DNA from: Rhynchopus sp. YZ270_cl-10
Lineage: Eukaryota
NCBI GenBank assembly: GCA_964035575.1
Contig: OZ037833.1
Coordinates: 62,001-126,000 of the forward strand
Direction of reading: 5' to 3'
DNA: 64,000 bases
Part shown: one piece after another, positions 46,901-58,900 of the stretch
How positions within the stretch are numbered: the stretch's first letter is position 1
Layout: each line of letters starts with the position of its first letter
Position numbers and translations under genes: made by a program
The notes under the pieces: generated by a model
What the model was told of the DNA's origin: nothing
The model's input: the letters and a program-made list of their open reading frames with translations, nothing else
Database searches by the model: none

Positions 46901-49900
46901 ACAGCACGGTGCTCGCGTTGCAGGACGTTCCGTAGCGCACATAAGAGACTGCGTCGCCATAGCGCAGACCATGCCCCGTGAAGGTGAGCTTTATAGGGAT
47001 ATGCGCTGCAGGCAGTGCAGGGTCGTGTACATATGTTGCCGCTCCGTAGTCCACCACAGCAAGCCCCCCTGCAGCACGCCATTCACCCTTATTATAAAGG
47101 TCCAGGCAGATGTCCACACGTGGTAAGGTGTTGTTCTTATCAAAGGAAACGAGGACCTGCCCATCAACGCGGTCCTCCCCCACAGAGACCACCCTCGCAG
47201 CAACGCGCTGCGCGCCTTGGCAACCGCCGGGTGGTGCCCAGGCGAGGCTATGAAGGAAATGGGTACGCCCTGCGGTGCTTGCGTACGGCACGGTGTGGTA
47301 TGGGTGTTGGGTGCGGAGCAACGCACCGCCAAAGATGGTGATGCGCGTTGGGGTATCAAGGTGGACGTCTTCAGGAATGGTACGCGATGAGAGCGTCTCC
47401 CGCGAAAGGGGGGTGTACGGAGAGTACGGTCCTGAGAAGACAGTCAGATCCGGGGTCTCCGCGTCGTAGCAGTTCTTTAGGCTGCGCCACCCGTTGTCGG
47501 CACGCCCGGGGACAGACCTGTCTGTGTACACACGGTAGCAGAGATGGTAGTCGCCGGGTTCACTGAAGGTCAGATTCGCCTCTGCCATGCTGCCATCCGC
47601 ATGCGCTGCACTGATGCTCACATTCGCGACATTGTGGTCAGCAAAGCGTCGACACGGTTCCCCCACCAACCCTGTCCTCGCATGCTCCGTATCCTCAGTA
47701 GTGAACAACCCTTGAGAAACGAACGGTCGATGCCTCACTGCAGCAATCCGATCTAAATCCGTCAGGCCTGACCCCTTAAGACGCAGCAACACCTCCCTCC
47801 CTGCCTCAGGGTATCCATCCTGCAACACAAACCCCGCCACACCAGGCCCCACCGTCAACACTCTTGGATGCTCCAACCCCAAAAAGCTCTGTCCAGTCTG
47901 CCCACTCTGATAGCACAAATCGTACTCCCCTTGACTATGCAAAAACATACATGCCCTTGCTCTCTTCTCCGAAGCTGGCCACGCAAACCCAAACGTAGAG
48001 TACCCATCTTCCTCCCAAGGGTAGAACGGAGATATGCCTCTGCCACGTGGCATGCCGATGTTGCATGTGTACCCAAAGCCTCCATCACGCCAGTGTTCAG
48101 AGATGTGAGGGCCAGCGGAGATGGAGGAGATGGTGAGGGGGTCGGATGAGTGGCGTGGGTAGTAGAGGGTTGGGGTGTCTTGGCGGGGGAGGCGTGTGGT
48201 GAAGAGTTCGGAGCAGTGGGTGGAGGCTGCTTCGGCGATGCTGATGGAGAGGCTGCGGTCGCGGTCGTAGCGGGCGAAGTTCGACATCACCTCACCATGC
48301 CCTCCAGACACCCCCCAGAGGTGTGCAAACCACCCCCCCGCCTCGTGGACAGACAGCTCCGCATCGCCGTCGACGTCTGCAAGGGAAAATCCTTCCACAA
48401 AAACGTCCACCGCCGCAGCCGCAGCGCTCCGGTTCCCTCCACTGCCTTCCCAGAAGGCTGACGTATTGTCAACACGAGACAACACCTCTCCCAGACTCAG
48501 CACGCCATCCCCATTTACATCAAAAAGACGTACATAGCGTTGACCTTCAGAAGGCCGCACATCCAGCTCCCTTAGCAATGTGGTGATCTCCACAGCACCC
48601 AGGACGCCGTCCCTCGGCGAGGTGTCAGCTTCATAGAGAAGGGTAAAGGAGGTGAACACTACTCCAGCAAAGCTGAGTGTCCCGCTGCCCTCCCAATCCG
48701 CCTGCAGGACCGCCGTCGCCTCGACCGCAGAGAAGTTCGCGAGAAGCTCTGAATACGTTAGGTTCCCCTGCACACCATCCCCTTCTGTGTTCAACGACAG
48801 AAACGCTTCCTTCAGGGTGTCCCTTAGTAACCCACTACCACCCAACCCGCGGGAGGCAGCTTCCGTGGCAAACAAGGTCACACCACAGGAGGCCGCCTCG
48901 ATGGAGGAGCGATGTGCCTGCAGCGCTTCTGTCAGCGAGATGCGGCCGTCGGCCTCAGAGTAGTGGTAGTGCCTGCGGAATGCATAGGTGCGGTCGCGGT
49001 AGCCGTCAAGGGTGAGGTCGAAGGTGGTGATGAACTTCGCTACGTCCTCCGAAGCGGTTGTGCTCCCCAAAAGGCGTTGTGCTTCTGCAAACCCAATGAA
49101 ACCGTCGCGGTCATAGTCGCCTTGGTAGAACCACCGCCGCACCTTCTCCACCTCAACAAAGTTGTCCACATCCTGCGGAATGATCTCCCACAGCTCCACA
49201 GCACCGGTACGGTCTTTGTCAAGAATATGCACCACATCTGACCCATACGGCAAATGCCGGAGCGTTCCATTATCAAGACCTGCCTCGGTTGTGTTCAGGA
49301 GCAGCGGGTAAAACGATTGGTCAGGGAGCTCCAAGGCCTGCGCAGCTGCGTCTCTGAAGGCTCGGTTGATCTCGTTTGCAGAGAGCCGTGCGTCGCGGTT
49401 GGTGTCGTACACAGAGAAGACGTCTGGGCTGGCAAGGAGGACCTCCCAGAGCTCAAGGTAGCCGGAGGCATCGAAGTCCGCTGCGTTGAAGGCTGCTGTC
49501 GTGGCGGTGGTGGTGGTGGTGCCGCTAGGAAGCGCCTCGGCCTCGGTCAGGCCACGGTAGCTCTGCTGCCGCAACGTCTGCACCGTTGTGTCCACGCTCC
49601 CCGCAGTTACCGCTGCGAAGTAGTCTGCAAACACACCAGCCGCTACAGCACGTTCCCGATAGAACCGTAGGGGCTCATGCAGCAGAGAGGCACCACGCCC
49701 AGAGGAGAGGCCGTTGCCGTCCACATCGAAGCACATATAGCCAGGTCGGTACTGATCAGCGTCGCATGAGGTGAAGTTCTGCGCGCCGTCTGTTTCCATG
49801 AGAACCGGTTGGTGTTCCATGCGTTGCCACCTCCCGAGGAGTGCGTGGTGGTAGCACATCTGCATGTGGCCTTTGAAGGTCACGTTGAGGGTGGCAGAAG

Positions 49901-52900
49901 AGGTGAAGCGGAAGCCCCAGTTGTCAGGTAGGTTGAAGTCGAGAAGGTCGACGGCGGTGGGGAGGGAAAGGTTTGCAGGCGGTGCGAGGGACATATTGTA
50001 AGCATCGTAGGGGTCTGTCATGTTGTACCCCGCCGCACGCCGCAGGGCGGAGGCAGCCCTGCGTGCGTCGTCCGTCACTACGTACGCGTCTTCGTCCTGC
50101 GCAGCACGGTAGTTCTGGTACCGTCCCACCGCAAGCGCATTGTGCAGTGCCGTCGCATCGCTGCACGTCGTCCCCTCAGGTACCAGCAGCATGTGGTCGA
50201 ACGTCGACACCCACGACCCCTGAATAGTGAACACCTGAGGATACCCATCTTCCAAGGTCTGCAGCTCTGTACGTATGTGTCGTGGTTCGAGCACATCAAG
50301 CGTAGGGTGCACGATGGACACAGTGCCGACGTCCCACCAGTAGTTCGCATTGGGGTAGACTTCTGCGTTGAGGCAGAGGCGCACAGTGCGTGACACATTC
50401 GTCTGTACAGGGGTGATGGGGAGGTGCAGGTAGCTTCCTGCAGTGTCGCCGCTGGACCAGCCTGGGCCAGGAGAGCCGTCGCCCTGTGAGTGGCGCAGAA
50501 TGTTTCCTGTGTTGCGCACCTTGAGATAAGTGGCGTTCACAGGTGTCCATTCTTCAAAGTTGCGTGACTTCCCGTGCGGATTCACCCCACCGCAGTCCTC
50601 GTCAAACTTGAACTGCATCCCCTCCTGCAGCGCGTCGTGCCGTATAGGCAGCTCATAAGCATGGTCCAGAGCTATGGTGATGTTTGTTGTCCACAGCGCA
50701 ATGTCCCCGTACAGCGCGTTGTACGTCATCTGCACCTCCTTCAGGTGCAGCACGCTCACATACAGATTCGTGTGCAGTCCAAAGTCGTACACAGAGTCGC
50801 CACTATCCACGGGGTGCGGCAGCACTGCTGGGTGCTCCGCTCGGGTGGCTGGGTACTGCGAGAGGCAGAGGGACCTGCGGTGGAAGGCAGCACCCAGGTG
50901 CATGGCAGCCAGTGTGAAGGTCGCGTTCGTGTAGTATCCGTCCACGAGACCTGACGCTTGACGCAGGGGGATAGGCGCTGCTATGCCGGTGAGCGGCGCA
51001 AACCCGTCCATCGATGTGTTCTGTGGACACGTGGTGGTGTTGTACAGAGTGACACGGAAGTGCTCGAAGAGGCCCCACCCAAGCAGCTCGACTGTTGCGT
51101 CTGAGAAGTTTGCGCGGCGAGTGTAGAAGAAGATCGCATCGCAGTTCGGGTCGAGGCACTTCGCACGCCGTTGTGGTGCACCCCACTTCTCTGGGGAGGT
51201 GGCGTGGAGCTGTCTGTCCCCAAGCGGCTCTGCTTCTGTGATGGCGGAGCTGTACTTGAGGTTGCCGTTGTTGTTCGCAGTGAAGAGCATGACCTCGATG
51301 CTGACTGTGATGCCGGTTGCGAAGAAGATGTGGTTCGTGTGCGCCGAGAGCGAAATGCACAACTGCAGGACGCGCCGGTGCTGCAGACTCTGGTCATGTG
51401 TCAGACTGAACGTCGCGTCCTTGCTGTTCGAAGACGAAGCAGAAAGACCTACACTCCTGAAGCGCCGCCAGCGGCCGTCACGCCACCCCACCCCACCACC
51501 AGTCCCATCCCGTCCCTTCCCTTCGTCGATGTCCTCCCAGTAGCGTCCCGTGTCAGGCACAGAGCCACCAGAGAGGTTCATTGGTGTCTGCAGCCCATCG
51601 ATGCCGCCGTCGTCGCAGGTATACGCAATCTTGACCTGTTGCTCGCCACCAAAGAGCCCCACGCCGGTGACGGTGTGGTTCGTGGCAGACCCGTACGGCA
51701 CGGAGAGGTGTGTACCCGCCACGCCTGACATACCCAGCACGCTAGCGATGTGCGTCACAGTGAGGTAGTTGCGTGTGTAGAAGATAGGGAAGTCCGAGCA
51801 GCGGTCTGAGCTCCCAATAGTGCTGTGCTCGCAGAGCGCGCCAAAGTCGTCTGTGCCACGTCTGCACAGTGCAAGGCGGCGTGTGTCGTTCAGCGCAACA
51901 CCCAAGACAAGACCTGCCTCGTTCCAATACACCTCGCCGGTATGAGTGTCGACATAGCACCCATGCGGGAGGCTTGTGTTCGTCGCATTTTCGCGCAGCT
52001 CGCCGCCCTGCAGGCCAAGCTGCGAGGCGGCGAAGATGCACTCACTGCGGGAGGGAAGCGCAACGTCGCTGCCTGAACAGCCTCTTGGCGCTTGGGAGTA
52101 TGCCGAGTCGAGGAAGGCACGTGCCGCGTGGCCGTCCCCAGCACTGATGCAGAGCTTGAGGTACTCGAGGGGGGTGGCCACGTGGACGCCGGAGAGGTTC
52201 AGCTCTGCGTACGTCCCGTTGTTGAGGACAGTGGTCATGTGAATGGGCGTGTGGTAGTCTGCTGTGTCCAGCGCATACCCACACTCACGCTGCAGAGAGA
52301 CACGGAACCACGGCTGCAGCCCCCACCCATGCAGACGCAGGGTCGGCGTCTCGTCGCGGTACACACGCACGTCGTCGCCTATGCCACGCCACACACCGTA
52401 CACCTCAATCGCGTTGACCCTGATGGTGACATCAACAGTGATACCGGTGTCAAGCCAGTGCTCGGCGTTGCCGAGCTCACCTTCGGGCCAGAGCGACACA
52501 CAGAGTTTGAGGCCCAGCGCGTGTTGGTAGGTTTGCTGCGATGTGAGCTCGATGTAGAAGCGGTGTGAGTCGTTTGTGATGTTCATGGGATGGTGGAACT
52601 CATACGGGAGGCCGTGCTGGTAGGTCTCGTGCATGCCGTTCTGCGCAGTGGTGTTCTCGCAGTCGTACGAGAGCTTCAACTGCATCTCAGGGTTTAGGCC
52701 CACACCAGAGAGCTCGTAACGCTTTGTGTCGCCGTACGGCACCTCGAGGTGGCTTGTCTTCACAGTCCCGTCACCTCTGCACGTCCCACCGCATATGTGT
52801 TGTATGTCCACCACAGTCATGAAGACGCCGGAGTCAATACCAAAGTCAAATCCTGAAGAAGATTCCGAGAGGCAGAGCTTCATGTTCTCAAAGGCATGTG

Positions 52901-55900
52901 CCACGTGGACAGCTGTGAGCGTCAGGTTCGCACGCCAATAGTTGTTGTGCATGAGGGATTCGAGCCCCGTCAGGAACATCGGTGTGCCCCAGTCGAAGCC
53001 ACGGCTGTTGTCAGGTATGACGTACGCAGATGCGTTGTGGCTGCAGGAGGGGAGGATCGCAGCACGCACCCACTCACGGAAGCCGTGCCCCTCGATGTGC
53101 AGCACTGTCTGCTCGCCTCGGTAGACACGCACCACACCACCCGCACCGACGGCGTACTCGTAGGACGACACCTTCTCGAACTTGATCTGGATGTCCACAC
53201 GCAGCCCTGTATCAAAGAAGACCACAGACGGGGCCGGGTAGATCGTGAGGCACACCTTGAGCGGATCACCGTTGGAGATCGGCTTTGTGTGGCGCAGGGT
53301 CTGCAGTGCGGAGAACGTGGTCGACGCATGGAGGCGGTCTGTTGTGCCTGTGTAGATGGGAGCACCACTCCAGTCGGAGGAGTCTGTCCAGTGTGTGAGG
53401 TTGCCTGGGGTGTGGAAGTCGGTGGTGCCTTCGTGGCAGCTTTCGGTGTACGTCACAAATTTGATGCGCGTGCCTGTCATGAGACCGGTGCCGGCAAGGC
53501 GGTGGGAGCTCTGCACTGCGTAGGGGATGATGAGCGTGGTTGTGTTGTCGATCGTCGCAAGACTCACGACAGTCGCGTATATACCAGAATCGATGCTGAA
53601 GTCAAAGAAGAAGTCTGCCCCCCGTGCTGCCTCGCCTGTCGCATAGAAGTGTTGCATCTTCGGCAGTGCGTACCCGACGTTGTCGTTGGTACCTAGCACG
53701 CCTGCTGCAGGGTACTCAGAGAGGCACAGCCTGCGTCTGCAGAACGGTGTTGCCACGTGGTTTGCAGTGACGTTCAGCTCCGCCCTGCTCGCGAAGGCAG
53801 ACTGCACCGCAGTCAGCGCAGAAACGTACTCTGAGTTCTCCCTCGTCAGCAGCGAGCTCCCGTTCGCGATGAGCCCCATCCAGTACAACGTGGTGTCGCG
53901 GTGGTACTTATCGTTATGAGAATCGAGCGGCTTCTGGTGCGGGAACGGCTCTGTGCATGCTGTGTGCATGGCAGCACGCATCCAGGGGAAGAACCCATTG
54001 CCCTCAAGCGAAAGCACTGTTGGGTAGCGGTGGTACATGAAGACCTCGCCACCTGCCCCGTTCTGCACGCCGTAGGTCGCAGCAGTACGCACGGTGACGT
54101 GAAACGATGCGCGCACTCCTGTGTCAAAGTAGTACCGCGACGTGCTGCCGTACGGACAGAAGCACACCAACAAATCGTCATCGTGCCTCTGCGACTGCAT
54201 CCCACTCAACGTCACACTCCCATTCCACCCACGGAAGTGCGCACTGCTCGACACATCCACACCACCAGGCATCACCTGGACACGTGGGTCCGACAGAAAT
54301 CCGTATCTTTCGACCTGAAGCGCGCCGGAAATGTTCAGTGGTGTGTGCACATTGTCGAAAAAGATGTCATCTGTTCCGTTGCAGGAGTACTTCTCAAAGC
54401 GAAGAGCCATGCCCTCACCCAGCAGCACACCAGAGAGAAGCAGTGTCTCCACAGATCCGTAAGCAAGCTCGATCGCTCGCCGTCCTTCGATGAAGGCGAG
54501 CTCGACGACACCAAGCTCGAATTTGTTGTAGTGAATAGAAAAGTCGTCGCCCGAGGCATACTGCGAGACACACATCTTGAGCCCCGTGTGCGAGACGTTT
54601 ACATGAACGAGGCGGAGCTCGACCTCTGCTGCAGTAGTGTTGTAGAACGCATCAGACGCCTGCTGCCATGTCGCGCCTAGGCCGCCTTGGGTGTGCGAAA
54701 GAAAGATCGGCTCATTGAACTCATCTTCAAATCGTGCACTCAGCTCGCATTCCAACAGAAACGCGACACGGAACTGCCGCACCAACGGAGCAACACGCTG
54801 CAGCTCGCCCCTCCCGTCGTGCCCTAAATACCCACCGCGCAGTCCTCCTTCCTTGGTCACAACCCTGTCCCCGTAGCTCCCCTCGGGGTCGTCCTTGCTG
54901 AGCTCTGCGTACAGGCCGCGTCCGTGCAGGGTGAGCACAGAGGGGCTGCCTTTGTAGAGCAGCACCTTCTGCTCCTCAAGGAAGGATGTGTCGAGCACGT
55001 CGACGCTGCGGATGTCGATGACGAACTCAAGCGTCAGCCCTGTGTCGAGGAAGTGCTCGCCGCCGTGGTGCAGTGAGATGCAGATGTGCAGGCCGGTTTC
55101 GTGCCGGTCCGACACTACGCGGTCAAAACTGAACTGTGCCAGCGCATTGTAGTGGTTCTGTGCAGAGGCAAGCGGCACCTCAGCAGCATGTGTGCCGTGG
55201 TATGGAGTAGACTGTGTCAGGTTCAGCGCCAGGTCGTAGCCAGTCTGGTTGTAGCCCTTCTCGCACTGCCGTGCAAAGCGGAGCTGCATATCCTCGAGCA
55301 GAAGCGTGCCCTTGACAGCATGCGTTGTCGTGCTTCCATACGGAATGCTGATAGGTATGTACGGGTTGGTGTACCAGAGTGGCCCGCCGACTCGTCCTGC
55401 GTTGGTTTGGGTGGAGATCTGCGCTAAGTGGACAACACCGATTTCGATCCAGCGGGTGGGAGCGTAGTCAGCTATGCGGAAGTCGTTGCCGGAGGGGTAC
55501 TCACTGAAGCAGAGGCGGAGCCCCCAGACGGCGTCTGCAACGTGCGTTGCGTTGAGGTGGATGTCTGCCTGCAGGCCGACCCCTATGTGGTCGTACTGCG
55601 ACACATAGTCCAGACCTTTCAGCCCCGTCTCCGCCACGCCCTCTGTACGCCCCTCTACAGATAGCAGCGCCATCGGCTCGCCTGCAGCACTCAAATTAGC
55701 TTCTGCCGAACACTCCTCCAGCATCGCCACACGGTGGTGTGCCCATAGACCGTCGCCCTTTATCCGTATGGAGGTAGGGATGCGGTGGTACACAAGAACC
55801 TTTTCAAGCTCGGTGTTCATGTGGTCGTAGGCTGTTGTGGAATCAACGCGGATGGTGATCGAAACGTTCAGCCCAGAAGGAACAAAGTAGGCGCTCGGGT

Positions 55901-58900
55901 ACGGCCGGACGTCGATGCAGAGGAGCAGCTGGCGGGAGTGTTGGAAGGTCTGGTCGCGGGTGAATGTGAACTGCCCGCCGCTCATGAGGCGGTACACGAC
56001 GGTGCCGGCCTGAGGGGAGGTGGAGTTGCAGGCCTGTCCGGTGACGATGCAGACGCAGCGTCCTGAGGCAGCGTTGTGGTAGAAGGTGTCTGTGCAGCCT
56101 GTTGCGTTGACGACGAAGCCTGCGCACTGCTGTGGGTCTGCTGTGTCGCGGAGGAGCTGCTTGCGTGGGCCGAAGGGCCCGTCGCAGATCTGGCCGTCGT
56201 AGAGCACTGCTGTGGTGTGCTCCCAGCGCCCGCCAGCATCGGGGTAGCCGACACCAGAGATGTTCATCGCAGTGTTGCGTGCGGAGGTGTCGTTGTTGCA
56301 GCCCTGCTGCTCCGTCGCAAGCTTGACCTGCATGTGTTCCCGCACGAAGGTGCCGTTGAGCATGTGGGTAGTGACCGCACCATAGTGTATCAGTAGTGCC
56401 TCCACGTTGTCCACCGCAGTCAGCTCCACCACGGACAGAATAAAGTCGTTGTAGCTGTCGTGGATCGAGAAGTCGTCGCCCTTCGCGTACTGCGAGATGC
56501 ACATCCGCACACCCTCCGTCGCCACAGAGGTGTGCAGGTACGTCACCTGCAGCTCTGCGTACTCCGCACCGCGCAGCCCTGTCAGGTAGATCGGGTGGTC
56601 TGCCGAGAGCGGGTCCGCACACTGCCAGGAGAAGGCGACACGCTGGTGTGCGTACAGACCTGCACCGCGCAGGGCCACCGTCGCCTCTGTGCCTTTGTAC
56701 AGCAGCAGCCCTCCTGCAGGCGCCGTGGAGAAGAACCCCGCCTCTGCCACCTCAGGACGCGGCACAGAGAAGCCGTGCGTGCGCACAGTGTCAATCTGGA
56801 TCGCAATGTCGATTGTCACCCCTGTATCAAAGTAGTGTTCATTCGGCTCGCCGTAGAGGTTGAGGCAGACACGTGTCGCAAGGCGGTGCATGTTGGTCTG
56901 TGTCTCGGTCAGGTTCAGCCACGCACTGCCACTCTCAGCAGTGTCGTCGGAAGAGTAGTACGTATACGCCCCACGCATGTTGCGCACCGTCCGCACCGTG
57001 CCTCCGACACTGGTGATGTTAACGGACTGTTCGTGCCCTGCAGTAGTGTCGTTGCAGTACCCCGCAAGCTTGACGGTCATCCCGTCAGAGAGACCGTACC
57101 CAGAGAGGAAGTGGCTGCTCACCGCGCCGTACGGCACGGTGATGTGCCGTTTGGTGTCGATGGTCAGCAACTCCACGACGCGAAGGCTGATCAACGGGTC
57201 GATCGGGAACGACGTGTCTGTGGAGTACTCGCTGATGCAGAGCTTCATTGCTGTGTACGCATAGGAGGTGTGCACCTCTGTCAGCTCGAGCATGCCCTTC
57301 GTGTAGCCGTTGTCCGTGAGGGAGAAGTCTGCTGCATCGGGCCTGCCGTTCAGGTGCGTGAAGGGGATTGGTGTGTGCACGGCAGAGACGTTGACAGAGG
57401 GGAGGCATTCTGTCTGCAAGGAGACGCGGTGGTGGTACTGCAGCCCGTTGCCAGCAATGCGCAGCTCAGGTGGCGGCGACACCGCTTTGTACAGTGGGAT
57501 GATCGTGTCCGCTTGGAATGCGTTTGCTGCGTACGGTTCTGTCACCGTCAACAGATTGATCACAAAGTCCACCACCAGCCCCGTGTCGAAGAAGTGCACC
57601 ACATGCTCGTCACCCTCAGGGTACAGCGAAAGACACACCTTAACACCAATCTCATGTCGTGACGACTGCGTCGCAGTGAACACCACCGTCCCATTCTCAG
57701 TCACGTTCAGCGGTGTCGCCACACCAAGCACCCGGGAGGTGCAGTTCTGTGCACCGCCCTCAGCAAACTTGACTTGCATCTTCGCGCGGAGGCCCACACC
57801 ACTTAAGGTATGCGTCGTGAGCGAGCCGTACGGGACCTCACCACTGGTGTTGTACGGAAGCGCACGGCTGACGAGGTTGGAGATGGAGTCCAGCGAGACG
57901 ACGCCAAAGCGTAGGCCTGTGTCAATGGTGAAGTCTGTGCCAGAGGCGTACTGCGAGAGGCAGACACGCAACTCCGACACCCCCACCTGGACATGTGTCC
58001 AGCCAAGCTGCAGTTCTGCGTAGCTATCCTGCACCAGGTTCACGAGAGGCATCGGAGTCGACTGCGGCACAGTGCTGCGAGCATCGTACAGTGCGTGCCC
58101 ACACTCTGACAGCAGCGCAACACGGTGGTGTGCGTACAGCCCATGCCCAGCAAGGCTTAACGTGGTCGGCACACCACGGTACGCAAGCACACGCTGTCCC
58201 AGGACCTGCCTGTCCGTGAAGCGGCTCTTCACGACACCATGCTCTGTGACGCCTTTGGCACCACCGTAGGGGAACACAGGACGTCCGCGGTTGTAGCCAC
58301 CCCAGGAGTAGACACCGTACGTCGCAGCATGCGAGACGTCGATGACGACATCGAGGGTGAGGCCCGTGTCGAAGAAGATGTGGCTCGCACCACGCCACAC
58401 CGCAAGACACACCTTCAGGTCCAGCGCATGTCGGTTCGTCTGTATCTCAGTCATGTTGACGTACGCAGAGTCCCCTTGTACAGAGGTCCCTGCCAAAGGG
58501 ACTGGTGTGTTGTGCGAAGTGTTCCCCCAATGGTCGCCGGGGAACGCAGTGCTGCAGGAGTTGCGTGCAAGCTTGAGCTGCATTCCGTCAGAGAGGCCCT
58601 CGCCGACGAGACCGATGGTGGGGGTGCTGCCGTAGGTCAACGAGAGGCTGTCGTTGTGGTCTGCATAGGTGAGGCCACGCAGCTCCACGATGCCGAAGAA
58701 GATGCCGGTGTCGATGGAGAAGTCTGTTCCGCTGCTTGTGTCGGAGAGGCATAGACGTAAACCTCTGTGCGCCACGTTGACGTGACCCAACGCCAGATGC
58801 ACCTCTGCACGGCGATACGCAGCCGCATCATGCCAATGCGTCAGATTCGACAACACCACAGGACTGCACCACGTGCACACAAGACTCACATTGCTGCTGC

